NCBI GenBank assembly: GCA_035559815.1
Contig: DATMAT010000057.1
Span: 6,359-70,358, forward strand
Direction of reading: 5' to 3'
Length of the DNA: 64,000 nucleotides
DNA from: Thermodesulfobacteriota bacterium
Lineage (GTDB): Bacteria; Desulfobacterota_D; UBA1144; Nemesobacterales; CSP1-2
Of this stretch, positions 36,931 through 43,975 are shown one piece after another. Position 1 is the stretch's first letter. Each line of letters starts with the position of its first letter. A program made the translations under genes and the position numbers. Under the pieces are notes generated by a model. It ran no database searches. It was not told where the DNA came from and saw only the letters and a program-made list of their open reading frames with translations.

Positions 36931-37029
36931 CCCCACTTCAACAAAATTTTTTGACCTCACTTCCGCTAGGAGATATGTCGTTGCACTTAGTAAATCGTTT
37001 TTCACCCTCCTTAATCAGAGAGCGAAGAG

Positions 37030-37995
37030 TCAGACCGGGATACAACGCCCCGAATCGAAGAGGCAAGTCCAACCAGGTGGACAGCCACTGTTGCCACAAC
37101 ACGACCAACCCGGCGGAGCACACTTTGTGCCATTAGCACAGCAGGAGTGACCAGGCGGGCAGCAACCCCGCCCGCAACACACAGGAGCCCACGACGGACA
37201 GCAATGGTCGCCACAACACCGCTCACCAGATACGCAGCAGCGGTTGCCACAAGTCTGACCCGCCGGGCAACAACCACCGCCGGTGCATACTTCTCCTGGC
37301 CCACAGCAGTGATTGTTACAGACTCGACTAGGTGGACAGCAGCCCTCGATGGTGCACTGCTCTCCCGGAGCACAGCGACGGTTATTGCAGACTCGATCTG
37401 CAGGAGCACAGCCGTCCAGGGTGCACACTTCTTCCGGCGCACAACAACGCTCGTTGCAGACTCGATCTTTAGGGCAGAAGCCGTCCCTAGTGCACTGCTG
37501 CCCATCTGGCACATAACAACCGAAACCGAAGCAGCATCGTTGACCTGGCGGACAGCAGCTTAATGTATATCCGGTTGCCGTTTCATTAAGGATGTGGCAG
37601 CATTCATGGTCTCCCGGGCAACATTCCGGACGCTTTCCGATGCGCCCGCACAACTTCATTTCAGGTGGACAGAGAGGAGGAATGAACTCGCATTGGACCA
37701 AGCACTGTACTCTGCATTCATCACGCAGAATCGCGATTGGAACATCCGGATTATCAATGCGTCCAGCTTTGACGCAGGCACCTACGCAGCGATCAACACA
37801 GGGTTTTTTATGGCAATATTCCATGCACTGATGGTCAGGGTGGCCAGCCCTGAGGCAATCGTCCATACAACGATTCACACCGTTGTATGCCGGGTATATA
37901 GTCTCATTCACTTGGCTAGAAGTCCCAATAGTATAGTAGTGCCCGCTCGTTTTATAGAGTGACCCTTCTGCGGTAAATCCTGGTATCTTGTTCAT
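37030..37995 (-). CDS. Leader-bearing giant Cys-rich repeat protein P6 (321 aa)
   Basis: N-terminus MNKIPGFTAEGSLYKTSGHYY. About 58 Cys by my count, with CCPPG..CC motifs. Three tandem 23-aa units RVCN..CCAPEEVCT.DGCAPAD are also visible as repeated TTGCAGACTCGATCT at nucleotide level. Confidence 0.75.
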   Translation of the reverse strand: MNKIPGFTAEGSLYKTSGHYYTIGTSSQVNETIYPAYNGVNRCMDDCLRAGHPDHQCMEYCHKKPCVDRCVGACVKAGRIDNPDVPIAILRDECRVQCLVQCEFIPPLCPPEMKLCGRIGKRPECCPGDHECCHILNETATGYTLSCCPPGQRCCFGFGCYVPDGQQCTRDGFCPKDRVCNERCCAPEEVCTLDGCAPADRVCNNRRCAPGEQCTIEGCCPPSRVCNNHCCGPGEVCTGGGCCPAGQTCGNRCCVSGERCCGDHCCPSWAPVCCGRGCCPPGHSCCANGTKCAPPGWSCCGNSGCPPGWTCLFDSGRCIPV

Positions 37996-38064
37996 TTAAT
38001 TCGCCCCTAATTTCAATCATAATATGTCGTGCCTAATCACGGCCTTCACCCGGGTGCATAAGGT

Positions 38065-38388
38065 CTAAGTTCGAGTAGGGCTGCATCCTTTGAGGCATTC
38101 TCGATAATTCTCATCGCAGATAATACAGTGGGTAGATCCCTTCGGGTTTTCAGGCGTGCCTTCACAACCCTCCAAACACAGGACCCAGGCTATATAGCAA
38201 AGACCTCTACAAAGCGAACGCCCGATCCCGCCAAAAAGCCCAGAACCGGGCGATACAGGTAATGGATTAATAGTCAGTTGAGAAATAACTCTTTGCCCAC
38301 AGTTGCTATAAGCTTGCATCGCTATAGACTGGTACTGCTCACTCGTCTTATAAACCGATGCCTCTGCTGTGAATCCCGGTGTTTTCAT
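38065..38388 (-). CDS. Leader-bearing Cys-rich protein P5 (107 aa)
   Basis: N-terminus MKTPGFTAEASVYKTSEQYQ. C-terminal region LCRGLCYIAWVLCLEGCEG...HCIICDENYRECLKGC. Confidence 0.7.
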   Translation of the reverse strand: MKTPGFTAEASVYKTSEQYQSIAMQAYSNCGQRVISQLTINPLPVSPGSGLFGGIGRSLCRGLCYIAWVLCLEGCEGTPENPKGSTHCIICDENYRECLKGCSPTRT

Positions 38389-38441
38389 TTCATCAACCCC
38401 CATTTATTTCAGATTATCCCTACAGCAGCCGACCTAAACCC

Positions 38442-38693
38442 TTAGGCCATTCCCCCGCCACCACAGACCCCAAAGCACGCACCGCACGTCAAAAAATCTC
38501 CTGGGTCTGGCACAGGCGACATAACAAGGAAAGCCGCACAGGCTAGGCAAGCGGTCATGCAAAACCTGCTTCTGAACATCGCCGGAACGATCCCACTTTC
38601 TTTCATATCCGAACTATAAGAAACCGTATATCGTCCAGTAGACCTGTATACAGAGGTTTCTGCAGTAAATCCAGGCAAATTCATTTTACTCAT
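38442..38693 (-). CDS. Leader-bearing Cys-rich peptide P4 (83 aa)
   Basis: GGAGGTG Shine-Dalgarno. N-terminus MSKMNLPGFTAETSVYRSTGRY. Hydrophobic Cys/Gly-rich core FCMTACLACAAFLVMSPVPDPGDFLTCGACFGVCGGGGMA. Confidence 0.7.
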   Translation of the reverse strand: MSKMNLPGFTAETSVYRSTGRYTVSYSSDMKESGIVPAMFRSRFCMTACLACAAFLVMSPVPDPGDFLTCGACFGVCGGGGMA

Positions 38694-38748
38694 TTTATTC
38701 ACCTCCTTCACACATTGTTCAAAACCGAGATGAGTGCAGTAATCGGTC

Positions 38749-39126
38749 TTACCAGCCGAACCCGACACCTAGCTCGGTGTCGCAGGTCGTATCTGGCACG
38801 TCCCATTCACCCCAAATATTAAACCAAGTGTTTTTACACCGGTCTGGAGGCCGACCTTCAAGACCCGGAGTCGTTCGACAAGCTTCTTCCCACGATACGC
38901 CCCAAGGGATACCCCACAATATGGCTGAAAACTGTCGCCGTCCGCAGCCTGACCCTTCCGTCCACCAACAGCCGCGCTTAGTACAGTGATCTCTCTTGAA
39001 GCTACCCCAGGTCTGGGCCGGCACAAGGCGTCCCATTTCCGTCGGCATGTACTGAAAACCCGCTCGATACTGATGGCTCCCGCGATATAGCGAAGCCTTT
39101 GCGGTAAATCCAGGTATTTTGTTCAT
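38749..39126 (-). CDS. Leader-bearing Trp/Cys-rich protein P3 (125 aa)
   Basis: GGAGGTG Shine-Dalgarno. N-terminus MNKIPGFTAKASLYRGSHQY. The core has 6 Cys and many Trp (GCWWTEGSGC...ILWGIPWGVSWEEAC...NTWFNIWGEWD). Confidence 0.7.
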   Translation of the reverse strand: MNKIPGFTAKASLYRGSHQYRAGFQYMPTEMGRLVPAQTWGSFKRDHCTKRGCWWTEGSGCGRRQFSAILWGIPWGVSWEEACRTTPGLEGRPPDRCKNTWFNIWGEWDVPDTTCDTELGVGFGW

Positions 39127-39177
39127 TTCATTCACCTCCTTTTTTCACTCCCTCACCAGACCCTAGAGACCGAACAC

Positions 39178-39588
39178 TCAGATCAGGGTGCAGAAAGAAG
39201 GACTACATCCTATGAAGGGTGCACATATTCTCCTGCACTTTGTCCCCGCCGGACAACAGCCCTCGTTATTACAGCAGGACGTACCGGGCGGGCAACAACC
39301 ACGAGCACAGCAAGGATGACCAGGGGGACAAGAGTGGGTGCCGCAGTTGGGTCGAGGTGGAGGAGGTGGGGGTGGAGTACAAGATACTTCTTTACAAATA
39401 GGTCCTCCTGTTTCTGGGTCATATCCAAAGCAACAGGTCTTCTGCCCATTTTCACATGGCGTGCACCCTTTAATCTGTTGTAGTACTAAGCCGCTAACTG
39501 ACTTGCTAGTCCAAGTCGATTCAAGCGCATAAATCCCAGCCGTCCTGTAGAGCGAAGCCTCTGCGGCAAATCCCGGCATTTTGCTCAT
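39178..39588 (-). CDS. Leader-bearing Cys/Pro-rich protein P2 (136 aa)
   Basis: GGAGGTG Shine-Dalgarno. N-terminus MSKMPGFAAEASLYRTAGIY. The core has a poly-Pro tract PPPPPPPRP and CCPPGTSCCNNEGCCPAGTKC repeats similar to P6. Confidence 0.7.
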   Translation of the reverse strand: MSKMPGFAAEASLYRTAGIYALESTWTSKSVSGLVLQQIKGCTPCENGQKTCCFGYDPETGGPICKEVSCTPPPPPPPRPNCGTHSCPPGHPCCARGCCPPGTSCCNNEGCCPAGTKCRRICAPFIGCSPSFCTLI

Positions 39589-39657
39589 TTGACTCACCTC
39601 CTTTCTCTTTTTCCTCCGTCCGTATAGAATTCACCTGATAAACCGCCGCGGTCTCAA

Positions 39658-40026
39658 CTAGTCAATCGCTACCAAGCTGTCAACACAGTCACGCCACGGC
39701 TCACTTGCCGGCACCCAACCCCAATAGCAGCCAGGCGGTTCAGGACAGATCTTTGCATACTTAAACCATTGGCATATCCGGCACTCGGTTTGAAAAGTCA
39801 GACCCCAAAATTTCCATGTGCTGGTCGTTTTATCCCAGCACAATTTTTTCATCGTAAACACTACGCCCGGCATTGATGTTGGCACGTCAACGGTAGATAG
39901 TGTGCCCATCAGTCCCTGGGTAAGAACCAACGCACCTACTCTCACGCCTGCACGATTCGGGGCTACTGCATAGCTCATGGCTGATTTGTAGAGCGAGACC
40001 TCTGCTGTAAACTCAGGCAATTTCAT
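39658..40026 (-). CDS. Leader-bearing Trp/Cys-rich protein P1 (122 aa)
   Basis: GGAGGTGA Shine-Dalgarno. N-terminus MKLPEFTAEVSLYKSAMSY. Core LCWDKTTSTWKFWGLTFQTECRICQWFKYAKICPEPPGCYWGWVP...DC. Confidence 0.7.
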   Translation of the reverse strand: MKLPEFTAEVSLYKSAMSYAVAPNRAGVRVGALVLTQGLMGTLSTVDVPTSMPGVVFTMKKLCWDKTTSTWKFWGLTFQTECRICQWFKYAKICPEPPGCYWGWVPASEPWRDCVDSLVAID

Positions 40027-40061
40027 TTCCTTCACCTCCATTCAATTGAATCCGGTCGACC

Positions 40062-41006
40062 TCACCGATCATAATACGGCGACATCTTTGTAACCAGGAA
40101 CGGAAACTCCTCGGTCACATCCACACGGGTAAAGAACTTCTCGGTAACGTCCGTCTGACGATTGGTGAAGGAGAAAATGACATCTACAACCTTGCGTGTG
40201 CCGCTGAGAGGCGAATGACGAACTTCTACCGCTGTCAAAGAAGAGTTTTGAGCAAAAGCCTCCGCAGCTTTAGCATAGATGGCGTTGTATCGTACTGCCA
40301 GATAGTTTAAAGCACGGTGGTCGTCAGTGGCTCCGGCATTGTCAGCTATCTGCATTATCCTCATGAATAGCTCCTCTGCTGCTGGGGTGAACTCCTTTGC
40401 TGACATCTTTTCCGGCTTAGGAATAGATTTGATTAGAGAATCGATATCGAATGAATACATCTGGTCGAACACAACAATAGGCACCATGAGTCCATTGCAC
40501 ATCTCTGGCGGGGCGATTGGCCCTCTCATGCCAATAACCACATCAACATCAGTGGGGCGTGGAGCGGGACGTAAGGCCTCCACTAACATATCCAGGTCCG
40601 CAGGGTCGCGCGGCACCAGAATGTATGTCTCCAAACCCTCAATGGTTAAAACCCAGCACATCTGTCTCACCAGGTAGCGGTTCTGTCTATGGGTCAGAAC
40701 CTTGTGGAGTGCCTCTCGGTCGGTAAGCCCGGCTGTCTTTTCCCGCCCTGTAACTTGGGCGAATTCCTTCTCCACAGCTAAACGAGGAAAGCGGGCCTCG
40801 ACCCTGCCCAGGGCATAAACGAAGCTGGGTGTAACTCCGCCATTTGACCCGGTGGAGCTTCCGCATGTAGGACACCCTCCCCCTCCAGCTTGGGTGGGAA
40901 GAATAGTTCCAGTACGACTTTCAGAAGAGGATACTACTGTTGGTGAGTCTTTCACGTTAACGGCTTGCTCTCCCATCTGTTCCTTCGATTCAACATTTTC
41001 TTCCAT
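40062..41006 (-). CDS. Protein resembling the C-terminal DUF of cyanobactin proteases PatA/PatG (PatG_C/PatG_D-like)
   Basis: 314 aa from the ATG preceded by AAGGAGGAG. FVYALGRVEARFPRLAVEKEF, CWVLTIEGLETYILVP, LMVPIVVFDQMYSF, DHRALNYLAVRYNAIY and FTRVDVTEEFPFLV follow the motif order I recall for the PatG DUF (VYALG..GYDFG.EARRD.F ... DRALNF ... DVS..PV). Recalled from memory, not verified. Confidence 0.5.
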   Translation of the reverse strand: MEENVESKEQMGEQAVNVKDSPTVVSSSESRTGTILPTQAGGGGCPTCGSSTGSNGGVTPSFVYALGRVEARFPRLAVEKEFAQVTGREKTAGLTDREALHKVLTHRQNRYLVRQMCWVLTIEGLETYILVPRDPADLDMLVEALRPAPRPTDVDVVIGMRGPIAPPEMCNGLMVPIVVFDQMYSFDIDSLIKSIPKPEKMSAKEFTPAAEELFMRIMQIADNAGATDDHRALNYLAVRYNAIYAKAAEAFAQNSSLTAVEVRHSPLSGTRKVVDVIFSFTNRQTDVTEKFFTRVDVTEEFPFLVTKMSPYYDR

Positions 41007-41199
41007 GATATTTCTCCTCCTTTCAGGATAGATTTCAAAGGCTTCATAATTAGCCACAAAGACTCAAAGGAAATTGTTAACGAGTTAGCTTACGCCTTTT
41101 GTCGTGTTAGCGAGTTTGCGTGTTATTTTTCTAGCTCGTAAACCAGCAAACACGTTAACCCGCAAACATTGTTTCTTTGTGCCTTGGTGGTTTATATTT

Positions 41200-41418
41200 T
41201 TATCTCGAACGCCTGCCAGAGAAAACCAGCCAACCGTTGAGTGTGGAGGCGCGACGTTCACATCCGCCACACGGTTTAATCCCAATAGTAGACGTGACTC
41301 GCTTAATCGCATCACCCAGTCCAATTTCCTCATCGCTAATGAAACCAGGAAGACGAACCCGGTAAGGCTGTCCTTTAGTCTTACTTCTTTGACCATTTCT
41401 TGTTTCTTCCTTTTTCAT
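41200..41418 (-). CDS. Small basic protein with an LPGF motif and a C-x-x-C pair (72 aa)
   Basis: AGGTGA Shine-Dalgarno. MKKEETRNGQRSKTKGQPYRVRLPGFISDEEIGLGDAIKRVTSTIGIKPCGGCERRASTLNGW. Lies between the S8 and DUF genes. Confidence 0.4.
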   Translation of the reverse strand: MKKEETRNGQRSKTKGQPYRVRLPGFISDEEIGLGDAIKRVTSTIGIKPCGGCERRASTLNGWLVFSGRRSR

Positions 41419-41450
41419 GACATTCACCTATGTTACGCAAATATACATTA

Positions 41451-41477
41451 TAGGGGGACGCTGCAGCGTGCCCCTAC
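41451..41477. repeat. GTAG...CTAC-type palindrome copy (TAGGGGGACGCTGCAGCGTGCCCCTAC)
   Basis: Read directly. Imperfect relative of the palindromes at 22129 and 53393. Confidence 0.6.
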
Positions 41478-41496
41478 CTAAGTTGAACGCACAACT

Positions 41497-41569
41497 GTCA
41501 TTCCCGCACGCTTATGGATACCCCACAGCTCCCCGATAACTACATTCGGGGACAGGATTCGGGTATGAC
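41497..41569. repeat. MITE-like element (GTCATTCCCGC...ATGGATACCCC...ACATTCGGGGAC...GGGTATGAC)
   Basis: Same family as 15686-15802 and 45647-45716. Inserted between the S8 gene and the small ORF. Confidence 0.6.
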
Positions 41570-41598
41570 AATGTAAAAAAGCGAATAACGTGAGATAT

Positions 41599-42495
41599 TC
41601 ACCTCCTTAAACCAGACCTTATAATCTGATACGCCCCCCATGCATCAAGCAAGGGTGGAACTACCGTATTTCTCCTTCGCCCGTTCGACCGTGTAATCAC
41701 GACTTTCATATCAGCACCGGTAGCTTTTGGGAACTCTGACCAAAGCAGCGCAATAGCCCCCGTCACAAAGGGAGCCGCAGCGCTCGTTCCGCTGAACGTG
41801 AGTGGTTTGCCATCGGCTCCGAGGCTAGTAATGTTGTCGCCGGGGGCGCTCAGACCTCGTCTCCCTATCGAATTTCCCAGATTGGAGTAACTAATCGGTC
41901 TACCCTGAAGGTCACAGGCAACGACCGGGATAACCCAAGGGTGACGGGTGATAACAGTGCTACCAACTGCTCCCTGATTTCCCGCCGCTGCTACAATCAA
42001 AACGCCTCTCTTTGATGCATAATTCAAAGCCCCTACTAACTCTCGTTCACCTGTGGAAGATAGCTGCGCCATAGCTGCACTCAGGTTTATCACGTGCGCT
42101 CCCGCATCAATGGTCTCGATTAATGCCGCTGCTAGTTCATCGGGAGTGGTACTGGGCATGGGCTCTAGATGCTGGCTGCGGCTATTTCCATTTCCTGACA
42201 TCGTCTCAGCAAAAATAGGACGCACCAACAACGTGCAATCAGGACAGATAGCCGGAGCTACAGAACCCCTCTTTCCGCACAAAATTCCTGCCACGAATGT
42301 TCCATGCAAACAGGCGACACTACTTGCCTGTGCACATGCACCCGCAAGTTTTCCAGGGACCTCACGAATGTCTCCACCTGAAAGATCCGGATGGTCTAAT
42401 AACACGGGCCCGTCAATCAGACCAACTACTATCTCTGGCCTCCCGCTGGCAATATCCATCAAAGCGGTGAGCCTGATTAAATCCAGATGATTCAT
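41599..42495 (-). CDS. Subtilisin-family S8 peptidase without a signal peptide (PatA-like)
   Basis: 298 aa from ATG 42495 (GAGGTGAGG Shine-Dalgarno). Catalytic contexts VGLIDGPVLLDHP (Asp), CLHGTFVAG (His), AAAGNQG (Asn) and FSGTSAAAPFVTG (Ser). No hydrophobic N-terminus. Confidence 0.8.
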   Translation of the reverse strand: MNHLDLIRLTALMDIASGRPEIVVGLIDGPVLLDHPDLSGGDIREVPGKLAGACAQASSVACLHGTFVAGILCGKRGSVAPAICPDCTLLVRPIFAETMSGNGNSRSQHLEPMPSTTPDELAAALIETIDAGAHVINLSAAMAQLSSTGERELVGALNYASKRGVLIVAAAGNQGAVGSTVITRHPWVIPVVACDLQGRPISYSNLGNSIGRRGLSAPGDNITSLGADGKPLTFSGTSAAAPFVTGAIALLWSEFPKATGADMKVVITRSNGRRRNTVVPPLLDAWGAYQIIRSGLRR

Positions 42496-42683
42496 GCGTG
42501 GATTCCTCACCTCAACCCAGTGATAGGAGTTAAAAACTAGATAAAGACTAAAGGAGAACGAGTACTTACAGTTAATCTTTCAAGTGAGCAGAAATAAACA
42601 ACCGGCGGTTATCGTTAATAACCTGATGTTGTGGACAGAAGTTGCTTAGGCTCTTTATAGTTATTGCTCTCCCTCTCAGGGTG

Positions 42684-42713
42684 ATTATAGGCCTAGTCAA
42701 AAAGTAAAGTCAA
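42684..42713 (-). promoter_or_regulatory. Candidate sigma-70 promoter for the S8/precursor locus
   Basis: On the minus strand, TTGACT, an 18-nt spacer, then TATAAT. About 175 nt upstream of the S8 start and downstream of the LLM gene stop. Confidence 0.4.
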
Positions 42714-42753
42714 GCAAAATTTTGACCGAGTAAAAAAATGGCCTATGTAAAAA

Positions 42754-43695
42754 TCAACTGCCCGCCAGAGCCTTAATCATGATCTTCATCACCTCGACAT
42801 TGCTCTGCTTTCCCACCGGGTTTGGGACGATGATCGGAAGTTGAACCCCTGCTTCTCTGTAAGCCTCGAGTCTTTCACGGCACCTTTCGGCAGGGCCAAC
42901 CAAAGCCACCGCGTCCAGTAGGTCATCGGAAAACGCCTCGGCTGGGCTTACACCAGATTTAATCTTCTCCACCACATCGCCAAATCCTAAGTTTGTAATC
43001 AAGCGCTGGTAGAAAGGAAAGCGGGCATAGCCGGAAAGACCGCGCTTTCCGGCGTTTCTGGCAGCTTCCAAGTCGTCGGAGATAAAACAAGGGATTCCAT
43101 TGGTGATGTCGATATCCGAAGGAGCACGGCCGGCCTTTTCCGCACCTCTTTTAACCGCGCCTATCAGCTTCTTCAAATGACCGGGAGTAGCCATATAGGG
43201 CATGATGCCGTCTGCTACCTCGCCGGCCAGTTCCGCCGCTTTTTCGGTCAGCACCGCCGTGTATATCGGGAGATAAGGGAGTTGTCTTTTGATTGTCAAG
43301 AGTGGCGAGCTTCCATCAGCGAAGGACCTGACCGCTGTCACATATTTTCGCATTTCCTCGATCGGGTCTTTCATGTCAATTCCGAAGCGGTCATTCACCG
43401 GCTTATGACTGACACCCAACCCAAGCACCATCCTTCCGCCTGAAATTTCCTGAACAGTAAGGGCCTCGGCCGCACATATAACCGGCTGGCGCATGTAGAT
43501 ATTGGTTATCCATGTACCCACTTTAATTTTCGAGGTCGCCTCGGCAAAAACCTGGGCGTTAGCCAGGGCGCTGTAGGGTGGCACCTCCGGGGAAAATATC
43601 GCCTCGAATCCCCCAGCCTCCGCTTCTTTGGCTAAAGCGCGAAGGTCGTCTACGCTGCATCCCCATACCGGTGAAATGGTCGCTATCCGTTTCAT
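42754..43695 (-). CDS. Luciferase-like (LLM class) flavin/F420-dependent oxidoreductase
   Basis: 313 aa. TIM-barrel LLM pattern (FEAIFSPE..., GRMVLGLGVSHKP). Confidence 0.75.
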   Translation of the reverse strand: MKRIATISPVWGCSVDDLRALAKEAEAGGFEAIFSPEVPPYSALANAQVFAEATSKIKVGTWITNIYMRQPVICAAEALTVQEISGGRMVLGLGVSHKPVNDRFGIDMKDPIEEMRKYVTAVRSFADGSSPLLTIKRQLPYLPIYTAVLTEKAAELAGEVADGIMPYMATPGHLKKLIGAVKRGAEKAGRAPSDIDITNGIPCFISDDLEAARNAGKRGLSGYARFPFYQRLITNLGFGDVVEKIKSGVSPAEAFSDDLLDAVALVGPAERCRERLEAYREAGVQLPIIVPNPVGKQSNVEVMKIMIKALAGS

Positions 43696-43811
43696 TCATC
43701 TTCTCCTCCTTTTATTTTGGCCACGAATTCTCACCAATAGTCTCGAATGAAAAATGAAAATGAATAAAAAACTGGTATTAGCATTTATAGATTCTAAATA
43801 AGACGCAAAAC

Positions 43812-43896
43812 GTCATTGCCGCATGCATTTGCGGTAATCCAAAGCACTGATGGATGCCCGATTGATCCGCCGGTTTAAACGGGGGACGGGCATGAC
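43812..43896. repeat. MITE-like element (GTCATTGCCGC...GCGGTAATCC...ATGGATGCCCGATTGATCCGCCGGTTTAAACGGGGGACGGGCATGAC)
   Basis: Combines modules seen separately at 15686-15802 and 15817-15856. Confidence 0.6.
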
Positions 43897-43975
43897 CATC
43901 ATAAGACATACAGAACAGGAGTGAACGAGGTTTTAATTTGTGATAATTCGTGTTCATTCGTGGCTAAATAGTCAT

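Noticed and set aside
37011-37962. Multiple ORFs on both strands inside the P6 gene (37011-37514 minus; 37147-37563, 37313-37516, 37592-37831 and 37594-37962 plus)
   Set aside because: They are stop-poor shadow frames created by the repetitive TGC/CCN-rich coding sequence. Only the P6 frame carries the conserved leader and a Shine-Dalgarno. The same reasoning applies to 39210-39532 inside P2 and 38769-39026 inside P3.
33180-40026. Treating the nine leader-bearing proteins as ordinary Sec-secreted or lipoprotein Cys-rich proteins
   Set aside because: Their N-termini are polar (PGFTAEASLYKTS) and lack a hydrophobic h-region, an Ala-x-Ala site, a lipobox or a twin-arginine motif.
41085-41481. 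Alternative ORFs overlapping the small C-x-x-C ORF (103 aa minus; 125 aa and 62 aa plus)
   Set aside because: They have no Shine-Dalgarno and low-complexity or repeat-derived sequence (the plus ORF ends in the palindrome translation GTLQRAPT). The 72-aa frame has an AGGTGA Shine-Dalgarno and a structured motif.
33180-42510. Interpreting the locus as a canonical cyanobactin (pat-like) biosynthetic cluster
   Set aside because: There is no YcaO/PatD heterocyclase, oxidase, prenyltransferase or macrocyclase domain, and no AYDG-type C-terminal recognition sequences. The cores are 40-280 aa rather than 6-20 aa. Only the protease/DUF resemblance is retained.
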